From the NCBI GenBank assembly GCA_963786955.1, contig CAWBAT010000005.1:1164127-1228126 (forward strand): a DNA stretch of 64,000 nucleotides. The letters are read 5' to 3'. The first letter of the stretch is position 1, and each line of letters starts with the position of its first letter. Positions 1 through 9,512 of this stretch are shown in pieces. Both the position numbers and the translations under genes were made by a program. Source of the DNA: an uncultured Acidimicrobiia bacterium (lineage in GTDB: Bacteria > Acidobacteriota > Terriglobia > Versatilivoradales > Versatilivoraceae). The notes below the pieces were generated by a model that did not search any database, was not told the origin of the DNA, and saw only the letters and a program-made list of their open reading frames with translations.

Positions 1-549
1 CAGTTGACCATCTTACGAATGGTTTTCATTCCAATCTTCGTTATTTTGCTGGTTTATGACTATTACGGATGGGCATTTGCAATTTACATTCTTGCAGGGG
101 TGACTGATGGCTTAGACGGTTTAATGGCGCGCTGGCTCAAACAGAAAACATCTTTGGGGGCCTACCTGGATCCGATTGCCGACAAGCTTCTCCTCACGAC
201 CTCGTTTGTAGTCCTTTCAATTAAAGGGATGGGCTTACCCAACTTGATCCCTCTCTGGCTTACTATCATTGTCATCAGTCGTGACGTGATCCTTGTGGCC
301 AGTGTCCTGATCATTGTCATTAGTACGGGTCACCGATCATTTCCCCCGTCAATTTATGGGAAGGCGACCACGTGCTTGCAAATTCTGACAATCTTGGGAG
401 TGCTTTATTTCAATTATCAAAGAACCATCTGGATTGGTATGAATGGGCTGTATCTGGCGACCGCGGCCATCACTGTTTTCTCGGGATTGGATTATGTCTA
501 CCGTGGTAAGAAGAAATTGGTGTCTGAAAGTTTTCAAGTGCACCATTGA
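1..549 (+). CDS. pgsA: CDP-diacylglycerol--glycerol-3-phosphate 3-phosphatidyltransferase (CDP-alcohol phosphatidyltransferase), 5'-truncated by the window edge
   Basis: DG(x)2AR...G(x)3D(x)3D CDP-alcohol phosphatidyltransferase motif (GVTDGLDGLMARW...DPIADKLL). Multi-TM. The N-terminus LTILRM..IP matches the PgsA start region, so the true start lies upstream of the window. Confidence 0.8.
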   Translation, partial: QLTILRMVFIPIFVILLVYDYYGWAFAIYILAGVTDGLDGLMARWLKQKTSLGAYLDPIADKLLLTTSFVVLSIKGMGLPNLIPLWLTIIVISRDVILVASVLIIVISTGHRSFPPSIYGKATTCLQILTILGVLYFNYQRTIWIGMNGLYLATAAITVFSGLDYVYRGKKKLVSESFQVHH

Positions 550-558
550 GAAAGCCCG

Positions 559-1920
559 ATGAATCCTGAATCCCCCAACAAATTGGACCCACAGACAGCC
601 GGAGTTTTGATCCATGGAGTCGATGCGGACTCGATCGCAGAGGAAGTCGGGTTGGCTGCTGGAGATCGGCTTCTGGCCATCAATGACCGCTTGATCGAGG
701 ACGTTTTGGATTATCGCTACATTGCCTCGACGGTCGAATCTGAGCTGACCTTGAGAATCATGAAGGCCTTTGGAGAAGTTTGGGAAATCGAAATCGAGAA
801 GGATGAAGATGAAGACCTGGGCCTCGAACTCGAGGGAATACAGACCAGGATTTGCAAGAACAATTGCATTTTCTGTTTTGTTCACCAGCTCCCCCGAGGA
901 AAGCACATTCGCCGGACTCTTCGGGTGAAAGATGAGGACTTTCGACTCTCCTTTCTGTTTGGACATTATCTGACCCTGACCAATCTTTCGGAGGAGGACT
1001 TTCAGAGAATTTTCGAACAACGGCTTTCGCCTTTGTATGTCTCTGTGCATGCCACGGATCCCGCGCTGCGAAAATACCTATTGCAGTCCCAAATACCCGA
1101 CGACCTGCTGGGGAATATGCGTCGCTTAGTGGATGGCGGAATCCAGCTTCACACCCAGGTCGTCCTCATTCCGGGAATTAATGATGGGATGAATTTGGAG
1201 CGTTCACTTCATGATCTACGCCAATTTTACCCGTCCGTCATGAGTGTCTCGATTGTCCCTGTCGGATTGACCGACCATCGAAAGGGGCTCCCTCAGCTAA
1301 GGTCTGTCGATGGGGCCTACGCGACCGAAGCCATTGCCCATGTCGAGCAGATTCAGCAGAAGAATAGAAGCGAAATGGGAGTCCCCTTTTGTTTCCTGGG
1401 GGATGAGTTTTACATCAAGGCGGGACATCCGATCCCCCCCCGCTCCCATTATGGGGATTTTCCACTCGTCGAAAATGGTGTCGGGATGATTCGAAACTTC
1501 CTCGACGAATTTGCGGAAACGATGTCTCTCGATTGGACCCGACCTCGGGGTTTGCCAGTCCGCGCAACGGTCGTCACAGGAGTCCTCTTCTACCCGACTC
1601 TCAAGGAATGCGTCGATCGGATGAACACCAAATTCCAAATCGACCTGCGCTGCCTGCCGGTGGAGAATCGTTTCCTCGGCAAAGGGATCACAGTTGCCGG
1701 GCTGCTTAGCGGGAGTGATATCTATGCTTCAGTTCAGAATCAAATGTATGGAGACTTCCTGATTCTCCCGTCCGAATGTATGACTGGGGATAAAGGGCTA
1801 TTCCTGGATGACTGGGTTCAAACTGACCTGGAAACTCGCCTCCAGAAACCGGCCCTAGGGGGGGGTGATCACGTGGCTGATTTTTTCAAATTGATCTTCT
1901 CCGACAGGCAGACCCACTAA
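559..1920 (+). CDS. PDZ-domain radical SAM protein (DUF512 family)
   Basis: N-terminal PDZ-like segment (GVLIHGVDADSIAEEVGLAAGDRLLAIND). Cx3Cx2C radical SAM motif (CKNNCIFCF). 453 aa, typical of the DUF512 PDZ-rSAM family. Confidence 0.7.
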   Translation: MNPESPNKLDPQTAGVLIHGVDADSIAEEVGLAAGDRLLAINDRLIEDVLDYRYIASTVESELTLRIMKAFGEVWEIEIEKDEDEDLGLELEGIQTRICKNNCIFCFVHQLPRGKHIRRTLRVKDEDFRLSFLFGHYLTLTNLSEEDFQRIFEQRLSPLYVSVHATDPALRKYLLQSQIPDDLLGNMRRLVDGGIQLHTQVVLIPGINDGMNLERSLHDLRQFYPSVMSVSIVPVGLTDHRKGLPQLRSVDGAYATEAIAHVEQIQQKNRSEMGVPFCFLGDEFYIKAGHPIPPRSHYGDFPLVENGVGMIRNFLDEFAETMSLDWTRPRGLPVRATVVTGVLFYPTLKECVDRMNTKFQIDLRCLPVENRFLGKGITVAGLLSGSDIYASVQNQMYGDFLILPSECMTGDKGLFLDDWVQTDLETRLQKPALGGGDHVADFFKLIFSDRQTH

Positions 1921-1937
1921 CGTCGCTTCCTTACCAA

Positions 1938-2735
1938 TTACTCAATCCTCTCTAATTCAAACTCCTCCCGGCCACTGACTTTCAAAACGATGGCTGCTGA
2001 TCCGCAATGGACAGAGATTTCCAAATAACCCGAGCTCCCGAAGATCGTGAAGGGCGTTCTTGTTTCGGCTTCCGCATAGGAACTCAAATGCTGTCGAATC
2101 TCGTGCCCGGCAATGCGAAGCACAAACCTGCCCACCGGTTCCGGGAAGTCTTTTGTCGTTAGGTTCGTGATGAGGTTGCCGAACTTGTCTATCCGCAGAA
2201 TCGTACCCAGGACATGCTGGCCCATTCGTTTCGGCAGGGGTAATTTCAGGGTCAATAAATCTTGGATTCGGGGCCCGAATTCGGAGGGAGGTGTTCCTTG
2301 GGAGAGCCATCCAGCAACGGGCGCGAAGATGTCCCTTCCGTGAAAAGTGCGACTCAGTTGCTTCAGAAAGAAACGGTCTTGAATCAAATGATAGATCCGC
2401 ACGTCTTTTTCCTGTTCCAAAGCCGGAGAGAGGAGGCCATTATCGGGTCCGACGAAAAAATAATCCTCTGTCTGAACTAGTAAAGGTCGACGTGAACTTC
2501 CTACCCCGGGATCGACCACCCCAACATGGATGGTGCCTTTGGGAAAAAAGCGAAAACTGGAACTGAGAGCGAGAGCACCGGCGAGAATATCTTGTGAAGC
2601 GATTCCGTGAGTGATGTCAACAATTTGGCAATCCCGGTGAATGTTGAGAATAACCCCCTTCATAATGCCGACGTAGGGATCCTCTAGGCCATAGTCCGTG
2701 GTCAATGTAATCAATGGAATCCCAACGTTCTGCAC
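1938..2735 (-). CDS. SAM hydroxide adenosyltransferase family protein (DUF62; fluorinase/chlorinase-like fold)
   Basis: N-terminal ITLTTDYGLEDPYVG and HVGVVDPGVGS motifs characteristic of DUF62 / 5'-halo-5'-deoxyadenosine synthase-like proteins. 265 aa. Confidence 0.7.
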   Translation of the reverse strand: MQNVGIPLITLTTDYGLEDPYVGIMKGVILNIHRDCQIVDITHGIASQDILAGALALSSSFRFFPKGTIHVGVVDPGVGSSRRPLLVQTEDYFFVGPDNGLLSPALEQEKDVRIYHLIQDRFFLKQLSRTFHGRDIFAPVAGWLSQGTPPSEFGPRIQDLLTLKLPLPKRMGQHVLGTILRIDKFGNLITNLTTKDFPEPVGRFVLRIAGHEIRQHLSSYAEAETRTPFTIFGSSGYLEISVHCGSAAIVLKVSGREEFELERIE

Positions 2736-2805
2736 GAACCCACTCCCCGCACAACCGCCAGCATGAAGTTACTTCATGAGCCGGCATCAATCTATAGGAC
2801 TTCTG

Positions 2806-3792
2806 CTATCTTGTATCATTTGCCAACGAAAGGATTTTTTTTAGTTCCCCCTCATTGACTTTCAAAAGATCAATCCTGGTCAGCCGAGTTGTCAGCTCCA
2901 CCCAATTTCGGTCCGCCTCAAAAACTGTTCTGAAGATAGGGAGCGATTCAGCAAGATGTCCTGAATTCGCTAAGCCGATTGCGTGCCAGTATTTCATCTC
3001 GATATTTTCAGGATTCAGGGCCTCAGCCGCGCTGTATTCGCGGAGTGCTCCCGCAAGATCACTTTTTTCTACAGCCAGGTCACCGGAGTTCATGTGCTCA
3101 TAAGCCTGATGAATTCTCACCAGGCGCCGCAGTTCCTTAAGGGGTTCGGGGTGATCTTCGACCCGTAAATCTATTTTTCTGTCAAGCCACGGCTTGCCAC
3201 TCGATTTGCCGCTGACAACCAGGATTGCTGCGGACTGTTTTCCTCGAATATCCCCTCCAACTGCTTGTGCAGCTTCTAGCGCAGCTAGCATTCGATCTGA
3301 CAATTCACCTTGTGCCTGGCGATAGGCAGATGCCATGGCGGGCCAGATCTTGTCGTTTAACATAAGGTTTGCTTGCACGGAAAATTGCACTCCGCTTTCA
3401 TGGCCGGCTGCGGGGATACATCGGGATCCAGTGTGGACAGCGACAGTACCCAGGGCGTCGATCATTGCGACTTGGCGAACAGCACGACCGGAATCTACGG
3501 CCAGTAATGCTTCCAGCGCTTGCCTGGCTGTCTTGCCTCCACGCATCAGTTCCAAGCCCAGAAGGCCATAGGATTGATCGACAAAGGACTGTGTGGCAAC
3601 GGCTCCTACTCCGGCTTCTGCCCAGGGCACAAGGGATCCGACGGAAAACCAATGGGATTGGACGGCAACGCCAAGATCACCATTTATCGGGTTTCTGGCA
3701 ACAATGGAATAGGTATGTATGGGCCGGGTCTCGGCAAAGGCGCTAACGAAAGCCAGCAGCCAGCCGACCGTGAACAATGATTTGCGAAGCAT
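2806..3792 (-). CDS. DUF1028 family secreted protein (Ntn-hydrolase-like)
   Basis: TYSIVARNPINGDLGVAVQS resembles the DUF1028 N-terminal T-S-I-V-A motif. Predicted signal peptide MLRKSLFTVGWLLAFVSAFA. Start placed at ATG 3792 (AGGAG 8 nt upstream); the ORF-track start at 3837 is TTG. Confidence 0.55.
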   Translation of the reverse strand: MLRKSLFTVGWLLAFVSAFAETRPIHTYSIVARNPINGDLGVAVQSHWFSVGSLVPWAEAGVGAVATQSFVDQSYGLLGLELMRGGKTARQALEALLAVDSGRAVRQVAMIDALGTVAVHTGSRCIPAAGHESGVQFSVQANLMLNDKIWPAMASAYRQAQGELSDRMLAALEAAQAVGGDIRGKQSAAILVVSGKSSGKPWLDRKIDLRVEDHPEPLKELRRLVRIHQAYEHMNSGDLAVEKSDLAGALREYSAAEALNPENIEMKYWHAIGLANSGHLAESLPIFRTVFEADRNWVELTTRLTRIDLLKVNEGELKKILSLANDTR

Positions 3793-3890
3793 AGAGACTC
3801 CTCTTGCGGCGGCTCTGGTAATTCTAGTCTTCTTCAAGGGCGGATAATATTTGTGATCAAACTGATGAATTCAAGAACTATGCAGAAACC

Positions 3891-5543
3891 TTACCCCAAG
3901 TTCCCTTTTTTTAACTCTTCGGCCAAATAATCGGTGGCTCGCCAGGCCAAAGCCAAAATCGTCAGTGTGGGATTTTTTTCGGTAGCTGCGGGAAAGGCAC
4001 TTCCATCGACAACGAATAAGTTCTTCACATCGTGCATCTGGCAGAATCCATTGAGTGCCGATTGCTTGGGATCACTTCCCATGCGGCAAGTACCATGCTC
4101 GTGAATAGCCTTCCCTGGCTGATCCACAGTTCCTCGCTTGTAACCGATTAATTCTGCTTTGGCTGAATGCATCACCTGTTCGGCCGTGTCGTACATTTCT
4201 TCCAACATCTTTCGCTCATTGTCGCCAATCGAAAACACGATCTTGGGGAGCGGAACTCCATATGCATCGACGGGCGTCCCTTCCACGGTGATGTGGTTAT
4301 CGGCGCGGGGCAAGACTTCTCCGTAGGGGTGCATTGCGATCCAGGCCGGATAGCGCCGCTTGATCTCTTTCTTGAAGTCTGAACCAAAGCCCGGCAGCTC
4401 CGTTGCATAATGGCTGGCCCCAGGCTGACAACCAATCCCCCAGAATTGGGCGCCAAAACCGCGCAGATAGTCTCTGGGTTTGCCGCGATGGTTGAACCGC
4501 GGCATATAGAGATGCTCTCCTCCGATCCCGTCATCGTTGCTCGACGGAAAACCATAGAGGTCAGGAAGGAAACCGTGAACATGAAACCGTACCTGCTCGC
4601 AAAGGTATTTCCCGATAACTTCTGAGCTGTTTCCGATTCCGTTCGGATATTGACGGGATTTGGAATTTAAGAGGATTCGCGTGGAGTCGATGCACGACGC
4701 CCCCAGTACGACAACTTTGCCTTGTGCCCGGAATTCCTCTTTGGTATGGCGGTCAAAATACTGTACAGAACCGGCCCGGCCCCTTTCATTGGGAAGGATT
4801 CTTGCAACGACAGCGTTGGTTTGCAGGGTGAGATTTCCAGTCTCGAGGGCGTAGGGGATCAAATGATCAGCAGAACAAAAGAAGGAGGCTGTATCACAAC
4901 CCTTCCCACAGGCCCCACAATAGTGGCATGGTGGAAACCCACGATGGGGCTGGGTCAGCACTGCCCGTCGACCCGAAACCATCGGGATTCCGAGTTGATG
5001 AGCCGATCGCTTCAGGAGGAATTCTCCACAACGCATTCGCGGAGGAGGCATGTGGTAGCGGCTCCCAGGGAGGACATCGGAATCATCATTACCACCGCAC
5101 ACTCCGATGAGCTGATCAACCTTGTCATAGTAAGGTGCAATATCTTTATAGGAAATGGGCCAGGGAATTTCCCAGCCGTCGCGTTCGGCAGCCTGAAAGT
5201 CCAGGTCCCCATATCGGAGAGACACTCTCCCCCAGATGTTTGTTTTCCCTCCGAGTCCCCAGACTCGAGTTAAGTCAAACGGCTTACCCGGAGGCGTAAA
5301 ATAAGGTTGCTCTTGACGGCTCAAGAGGAAGTCGGGAGGATGCAGGCCGCGCTTCTCACGTTCACGGGCCTCATCCGGCCAAACATGCGTCCAGTATCCC
5401 TCACGCTTGAAACGCTCACCCGCGTCCAGCATCAGGACTTTGGCACCTTGGCGCGTCAAATTCCAGGCGGCTATCCCGCCAGAGGCGCCGGAACCGATGA
5501 CTACAACGTCATACATGACCTGGTTGGGAACTAAATCTTGCAT
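3891..5543 (-). CDS. GMC family FAD-dependent oxidoreductase
   Basis: N-terminal [13 protein letters not shown] Rossmann FAD motif. C-terminal GMC signature GTCRMG...VVDGSAFP. 550 aa. Confidence 0.8.
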   Translation of the reverse strand: MQDLVPNQVMYDVVVIGSGASGGIAAWNLTRQGAKVLMLDAGERFKREGYWTHVWPDEAREREKRGLHPPDFLLSRQEQPYFTPPGKPFDLTRVWGLGGKTNIWGRVSLRYGDLDFQAAERDGWEIPWPISYKDIAPYYDKVDQLIGVCGGNDDSDVLPGSRYHMPPPRMRCGEFLLKRSAHQLGIPMVSGRRAVLTQPHRGFPPCHYCGACGKGCDTASFFCSADHLIPYALETGNLTLQTNAVVARILPNERGRAGSVQYFDRHTKEEFRAQGKVVVLGASCIDSTRILLNSKSRQYPNGIGNSSEVIGKYLCEQVRFHVHGFLPDLYGFPSSNDDGIGGEHLYMPRFNHRGKPRDYLRGFGAQFWGIGCQPGASHYATELPGFGSDFKKEIKRRYPAWIAMHPYGEVLPRADNHITVEGTPVDAYGVPLPKIVFSIGDNERKMLEEMYDTAEQVMHSAKAELIGYKRGTVDQPGKAIHEHGTCRMGSDPKQSALNGFCQMHDVKNLFVVDGSAFPAATEKNPTLTILALAWRATDYLAEELKKGNLG

Positions 5544-6049
5544 GGGGATCTAAGTTAATATATAGAGACTGACACAATCTACAATCAGAAAAGAAACCTA
5601 CAAAGTGCGAACAATTCTAAGCTGTTGGAAAGGGAAGAACAAGCGGAAGTGAATGTGGTTTGAAAGATCGTGGCTGGCGCACTCGTGTGTTTTTTGCATG
5701 ACTGCGAAGAGTACACTGGTTGAAATTTTAAAGGCTTAAAGTTGATCCAGCTGGAAATTCTATCTTCTAAAAGTTAGGTGGTAATTTTGCTATGGACCCT
5801 CTGCCCTCCTATTGCGCCTTCCCGCAGACATGCACAAAACACATGGGTGCAACACTGGCCGTTTTCCATATTATGTTAAGGTATAATGTTTGATATTGGC
5901 ATCGGGCAAAACTGCCCGAAAACTCATGTTATCAGGGGAATCCTTCCTGTTAATCAATGGTTGGGCCATCCGAGTACTCTCGGGCTGAAGCCGAGCATAG
6001 CCGTAGGTTTCAATTGCCGCTGGCTTGCTCCTCGGTTACCATCGAAGGC

Positions 6050-6361
6050 ATGACGTTGATCCAAGCAATTCGCGCAAAGGTTTTATCGGGTGCTTTTGAA
6101 TTCTCGCAACACGCAGTTGACCAGACCATCCTACGACATATTAGCGTTCACGAGATCCGAGAAGCTATCAACGTGGGACAGGTGATCGAGGATTACCCGA
6201 ACGACAAGTATGGTCCCAGTTGCCTGATCTTGGGATTCACCCAGGCAGGACGGCCGATTCATGTCCAGTGCAGTTATGCCTCTCGCCTGTTGGTGAAAGT
6301 CATCACGACCTACCAACCCGATCCGAATGAGTGGGTCGAATACAAACAACGGAGAAAATAA
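6050..6361 (+). CDS. DUF4258 domain protein (putative toxin component)
   Basis: EDYPNDKYGPSCLILGFTQAGRPIHVQCSY and ITTYQPDPNEW match DUF4258. Start moved to ATG 6050 with GAAGG RBS; the longer ORF from 5957 is also possible. Confidence 0.55.
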   Translation: MTLIQAIRAKVLSGAFEFSQHAVDQTILRHISVHEIREAINVGQVIEDYPNDKYGPSCLILGFTQAGRPIHVQCSYASRLLVKVITTYQPDPNEWVEYKQRRK

Positions 6362-6362
6362 C

Positions 6363-6599
6363 ATGCCTGTTGATACGTCGGAAGAGACTTTTGTAGAACA
6401 GAAAGTAACCTACACCCTGGAAGTGCAAGGGCGTTTTATTATCATTGAGCATGTGCCCGCGCGCGTTTCGCTTCGCACAAGTGAACGATTCTTTTCTCCC
6501 GAGACGGTGGAGTGTCTCCAGAGGATTGTTTGGGAGCAAGGACCGCCCAGCCGTGTTATTGAAACCCCGGTGTTTGAGTATCCAGGCGTCATGGCCTAA
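6363..6599 (+). CDS. small partner protein, MqsA/YgiT-like antitoxin candidate (no zinc Cys)
   Basis: ATG at 6363 lies 1 nt after the DUF4258 stop, with GGAG 8 nt upstream. 78 aa. Adjacency and size fit the usual DUF4258 partner; sequence similarity was judged from memory only. Confidence 0.4.
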   Translation: MPVDTSEETFVEQKVTYTLEVQGRFIIIEHVPARVSLRTSERFFSPETVECLQRIVWEQGPPSRVIETPVFEYPGVMA

Positions 6600-6674
6600 C
6601 CACGGCATCACCCGACGCAAAACCGCGGCGGCGGGTGATGCCTCAGTCGTTCCGCCACAGAGGAGAGGATACTT

Positions 6675-7241
6675 TTGTTGGCAATTGTGAGTGACAACCT
6701 TGTCGTTGCCCAGCCGATCTCCGGCGGTTTTAGCTGGACACTCGCCTCGCGCATTTGCCAGATGATCACCAAGGCTGAGGCCCAGTTTGGCGCTCGGGAC
6801 CGGTCGTTCACCGTGTTGGGGGTTGAGTTCAGGAATGGAGTTCCGCAAGTTTGGTTCCCCGGTAACTGCGGACATGTCGTAGTCCAACTCGGTCTATCTG
6901 CGATGCAAGACCCGAACCGAGCGTTGTTTCAACTCGCTCACGAGTGTGTGCATCTTCTGGATCCCGCACCAGGAGCGACCAATAATCTCGAAGAAGGCGT
7001 CGCCACCCATTTTTCACTTGAGTTTATGCAAGCCGAACTTGGGTTAACTTATTCGACAGGCGACGCGAAGTATGACAGCGCGTGCAGTCTTGTGCGGTTG
7101 CTGATTTCGACGAAGAGTGATTCCGTCAGAGAACTTCGACGTTTACACGGCCCTCTACGTGGCATTACGACTCAACAGATTTCAGGGATTTGCCCAAGTT
7201 TGAACGCAGGAACTGCCAGCCAGCTAGCGAACCCCTTTTAG
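6675..7241 (+). CDS. HExxH-motif protein (putative zinc metallopeptidase-like, function unknown)
   Basis: TTG start preceded by AGGAGAGGA RBS. HECVHLL followed by NNLEEGVATHF (gluzincin-like HExxH...E). 188 aa. Confidence 0.45.
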   Translation: MLAIVSDNLVVAQPISGGFSWTLASRICQMITKAEAQFGARDRSFTVLGVEFRNGVPQVWFPGNCGHVVVQLGLSAMQDPNRALFQLAHECVHLLDPAPGATNNLEEGVATHFSLEFMQAELGLTYSTGDAKYDSACSLVRLLISTKSDSVRELRRLHGPLRGITTQQISGICPSLNAGTASQLANPF

Positions 7242-7359
7242 CGATGCCGGCCGAGCGAGGCGCTGCACCTGAACGGGGCCGCTATACTGGTTTCGCGCGA
7301 CATCAAGTTCTTGCTGCGGCCCCGGGAGCTTGGTCGTTAGAAAGATAAAAAAAGATCGT

Positions 7360-8085
7360 ATGGATAAAGAACACATCCTTTCTGAAATCAGACGTACGAC
7401 CGAGGAAAACAGAAACAGTCCACTAGGTATCGCCAGGTTTGAGAAGGAAACTGGAATAAAAGTGTGGGATTGGAGAGGAAAGTATTGGACTAGATGGGCT
7501 GATGCACTTGCAGAAGCTGGGTACAGCAACCCTAATGAGATGCAAACCGCTTACCCGGATGAATTCTTAATTGAGAAGCTCATAGAGCTAATCCAGGAAC
7601 TTGGTCACTTCCCTACAACAACCGAGCGCAGACTCAAGGGTCATCAAGACAAGAACTTCCCAACTCATAACACATTTTCAAGATTCGGGGGCAAAGCAGA
7701 CTTGATAGAGGCTGTTCTGAAGTATTGCGATACTCATGACAAAGATGCTGAAATCGTTGCAGCCTGCAAGGTAGCCGCTTCCACCGGAAAACTTCAGCTA
7801 CGAGATAGAGCAGGACCAGAACCAATCGAATTAGGTTTTGTTTATCTGATGAAATCAGGCAAATATTTCAAGATAGGCCGAACCAATTGCGCGGAAAGAC
7901 GCGAATTTGAGCTCCGAATCCTGCTACCTGAGAAACTTGAATTGGTTCATAAGATTAAAACTGATGATCCTTGTGGAATTGAAAAATATTGGCACGATCG
8001 CTTTAAAGACAGCCGCAAAAGTGGAGAGTGGTTTGACCTTTCGCCCAGTGACGTCAAAGCCTTCAAGCGACGGAAGACGATGTAG
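7360..8085 (+). CDS. T5orf172 / MUG113 (GIY-YIG-like) domain protein
   Basis: C-terminal GFVYLMKSGKYFKIGRT...EWFDL matches the T5orf172 domain. The gene is clearly AT-richer than its neighbours. Start taken at ATG 7360. Confidence 0.55.
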   Translation: MDKEHILSEIRRTTEENRNSPLGIARFEKETGIKVWDWRGKYWTRWADALAEAGYSNPNEMQTAYPDEFLIEKLIELIQELGHFPTTTERRLKGHQDKNFPTHNTFSRFGGKADLIEAVLKYCDTHDKDAEIVAACKVAASTGKLQLRDRAGPEPIELGFVYLMKSGKYFKIGRTNCAERREFELRILLPEKLELVHKIKTDDPCGIEKYWHDRFKDSRKSGEWFDLSPSDVKAFKRRKTM

Positions 8086-8276
8086 AACTGCCTAACGCCA
8101 TAGGCTGCACACTACGTCCACCGACCCCTTGTCCTCCATCATTTAAGGGCTGCCCCCTCCCCCCCCGGCCCTCTTGCAAAATTGGGACTTTCAAGGGATC
8201 ATGTGCTTCCTTAGATAGAAATAGAAACAGATAGAAACATGGCCCACATTATTCCGGGCGGGAAGGAATTCACCGA

Positions 8277-9302
8277 ATGAGTGGAAGGAAAACCCTGGGA
8301 GTTGTCTTGTTCCAACTTGGAGGTCCGGATTCTCTGGACTCCATTGAACCTTTTCTTCTCAATCTATTTCGAGATCCCGACATCATTGATTTCCCCTTTG
8401 CCAAGATTGCCCGCGAACCGTTGGCGAGGTTAATCTCGTCCTCCCGAGCAAAAAGAGTGAGGAATCATTATGCCAAGATCGGTGGCAAGTCTCCGATCCT
8501 GGAATTTACGAAATTGCAGGCACGAGCCCTAGAGGCGGAACTGCAGACGGTTTGCGATGCAAAGGTGCATATTGCGATGCGATACTGGCACCCTCTTACG
8601 AAAGAGGCGGTTCGTTCTGTGGAGCAACAGTTGCCGGAGGAAGTTGTATTGTTACCCCTTTATCCACAGTATTCCAAGACGACCACGGGCAGTAGCTTAA
8701 ACGAATGGGAACGTCAGACCCAAGTTTCTCCTATTGGCCGGATCCCGACTCGAACGGTTCGTGAATTTTACTCCTACCCGGGCTACCTCAGAGCCATTAC
8801 GAGCAGGATCAATGAAAGCTTGACCCGCTTTCCGCTTACGGAAGAAGTCCATTTTGTTTTTAGTGCTCACAGTCTTCCAGTCAGCGTGATCGAAGGCGGA
8901 GATCCTTATCGGGACCAGATCGAAAAGACCGTAGATCTGGTTCTGGAATGCGGCGGGTGGAGCTTTTCCCACACACTTTGTTATCAAAGCAAGGTGGGGG
9001 CGAGCAAATGGCTGCAGCCCTCCTTGCACGACACCATTCATCAGCTTGGGATGAAAAAGGTCAGAAATGTTTTGGTCATACCGATTGCCTTTGTCTCCGA
9101 TCATGTCGAGACTCTTAGTGAAATCGAACATGAAGCCCGGGAAGAGGCGGCTCATCACGGAATCCTGCAATTTGAAATGATGCGAGGACTCAATGATTCT
9201 CCTGAGTTTATTCAGGCTCTTGCCAAACTCGTGCTCAGCGAGTCAATGGATGCAAGTGCAAGAGATTTGGATCGAAAGGCGGTCAGGAGTTTTACCGGCT
9301 GA
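8277..9302 (+). CDS. hemH: ferrochelatase
   Basis: LGVVLFQLGGPDSLDSIEPFL N-terminus and a C-terminal PIAFVSDHVETL motif. 341 aa. Confidence 0.85.
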   Translation: MSGRKTLGVVLFQLGGPDSLDSIEPFLLNLFRDPDIIDFPFAKIAREPLARLISSSRAKRVRNHYAKIGGKSPILEFTKLQARALEAELQTVCDAKVHIAMRYWHPLTKEAVRSVEQQLPEEVVLLPLYPQYSKTTTGSSLNEWERQTQVSPIGRIPTRTVREFYSYPGYLRAITSRINESLTRFPLTEEVHFVFSAHSLPVSVIEGGDPYRDQIEKTVDLVLECGGWSFSHTLCYQSKVGASKWLQPSLHDTIHQLGMKKVRNVLVIPIAFVSDHVETLSEIEHEAREEAAHHGILQFEMMRGLNDSPEFIQALAKLVLSESMDASARDLDRKAVRSFTG

Positions 9303-9415
9303 GTTACAGACACGGGCAGTTTAGGGCTAAAAGAAAACCATATTCCTTCGACAACAGTACGCACTTTCCCTCTAATTGCTCAGGTTATTGCCTCAAAGCC
9401 TGGGGGCAATTGCAC

Positions 9416-9444
9416 CTTGACGTTCTGAATTCTGAATGATAGAT
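9416..9444 (+). promoter_or_regulatory. sigma70-like promoter candidate upstream of actA (TTGACG-17-TAGATT)
   Basis: Spacing and hexamers read directly from the sequence; no other support. Confidence 0.25.
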
Positions 9445-9512
9445 TCACGCCTCAACTTTAGTAGGCTCCGGTGAGTCAGCCCTTATTTATGAGCCGGATA
9501 GAATAGTCTCAC

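Noticed and set aside
1297-1638. 113-aa minus-strand ORF inside the PDZ-rSAM gene
   Set aside because: Fully embedded antisense to a well-supported gene; no recognisable features.
6303-6887. 194-aa minus-strand ORF across the islet
   Set aside because: It is antisense to three plus-strand genes that each have domain support and an RBS. It has no motif and its composition follows the opposite strand, so it is most likely spurious.
8200-8250. CRISPR-like repeats (ATAGAAA units)
   Set aside because: Units are 9-10 nt, imperfect and contiguous without spacers. This is a microsatellite-like tract, not a CRISPR array. No cas genes are in the window.
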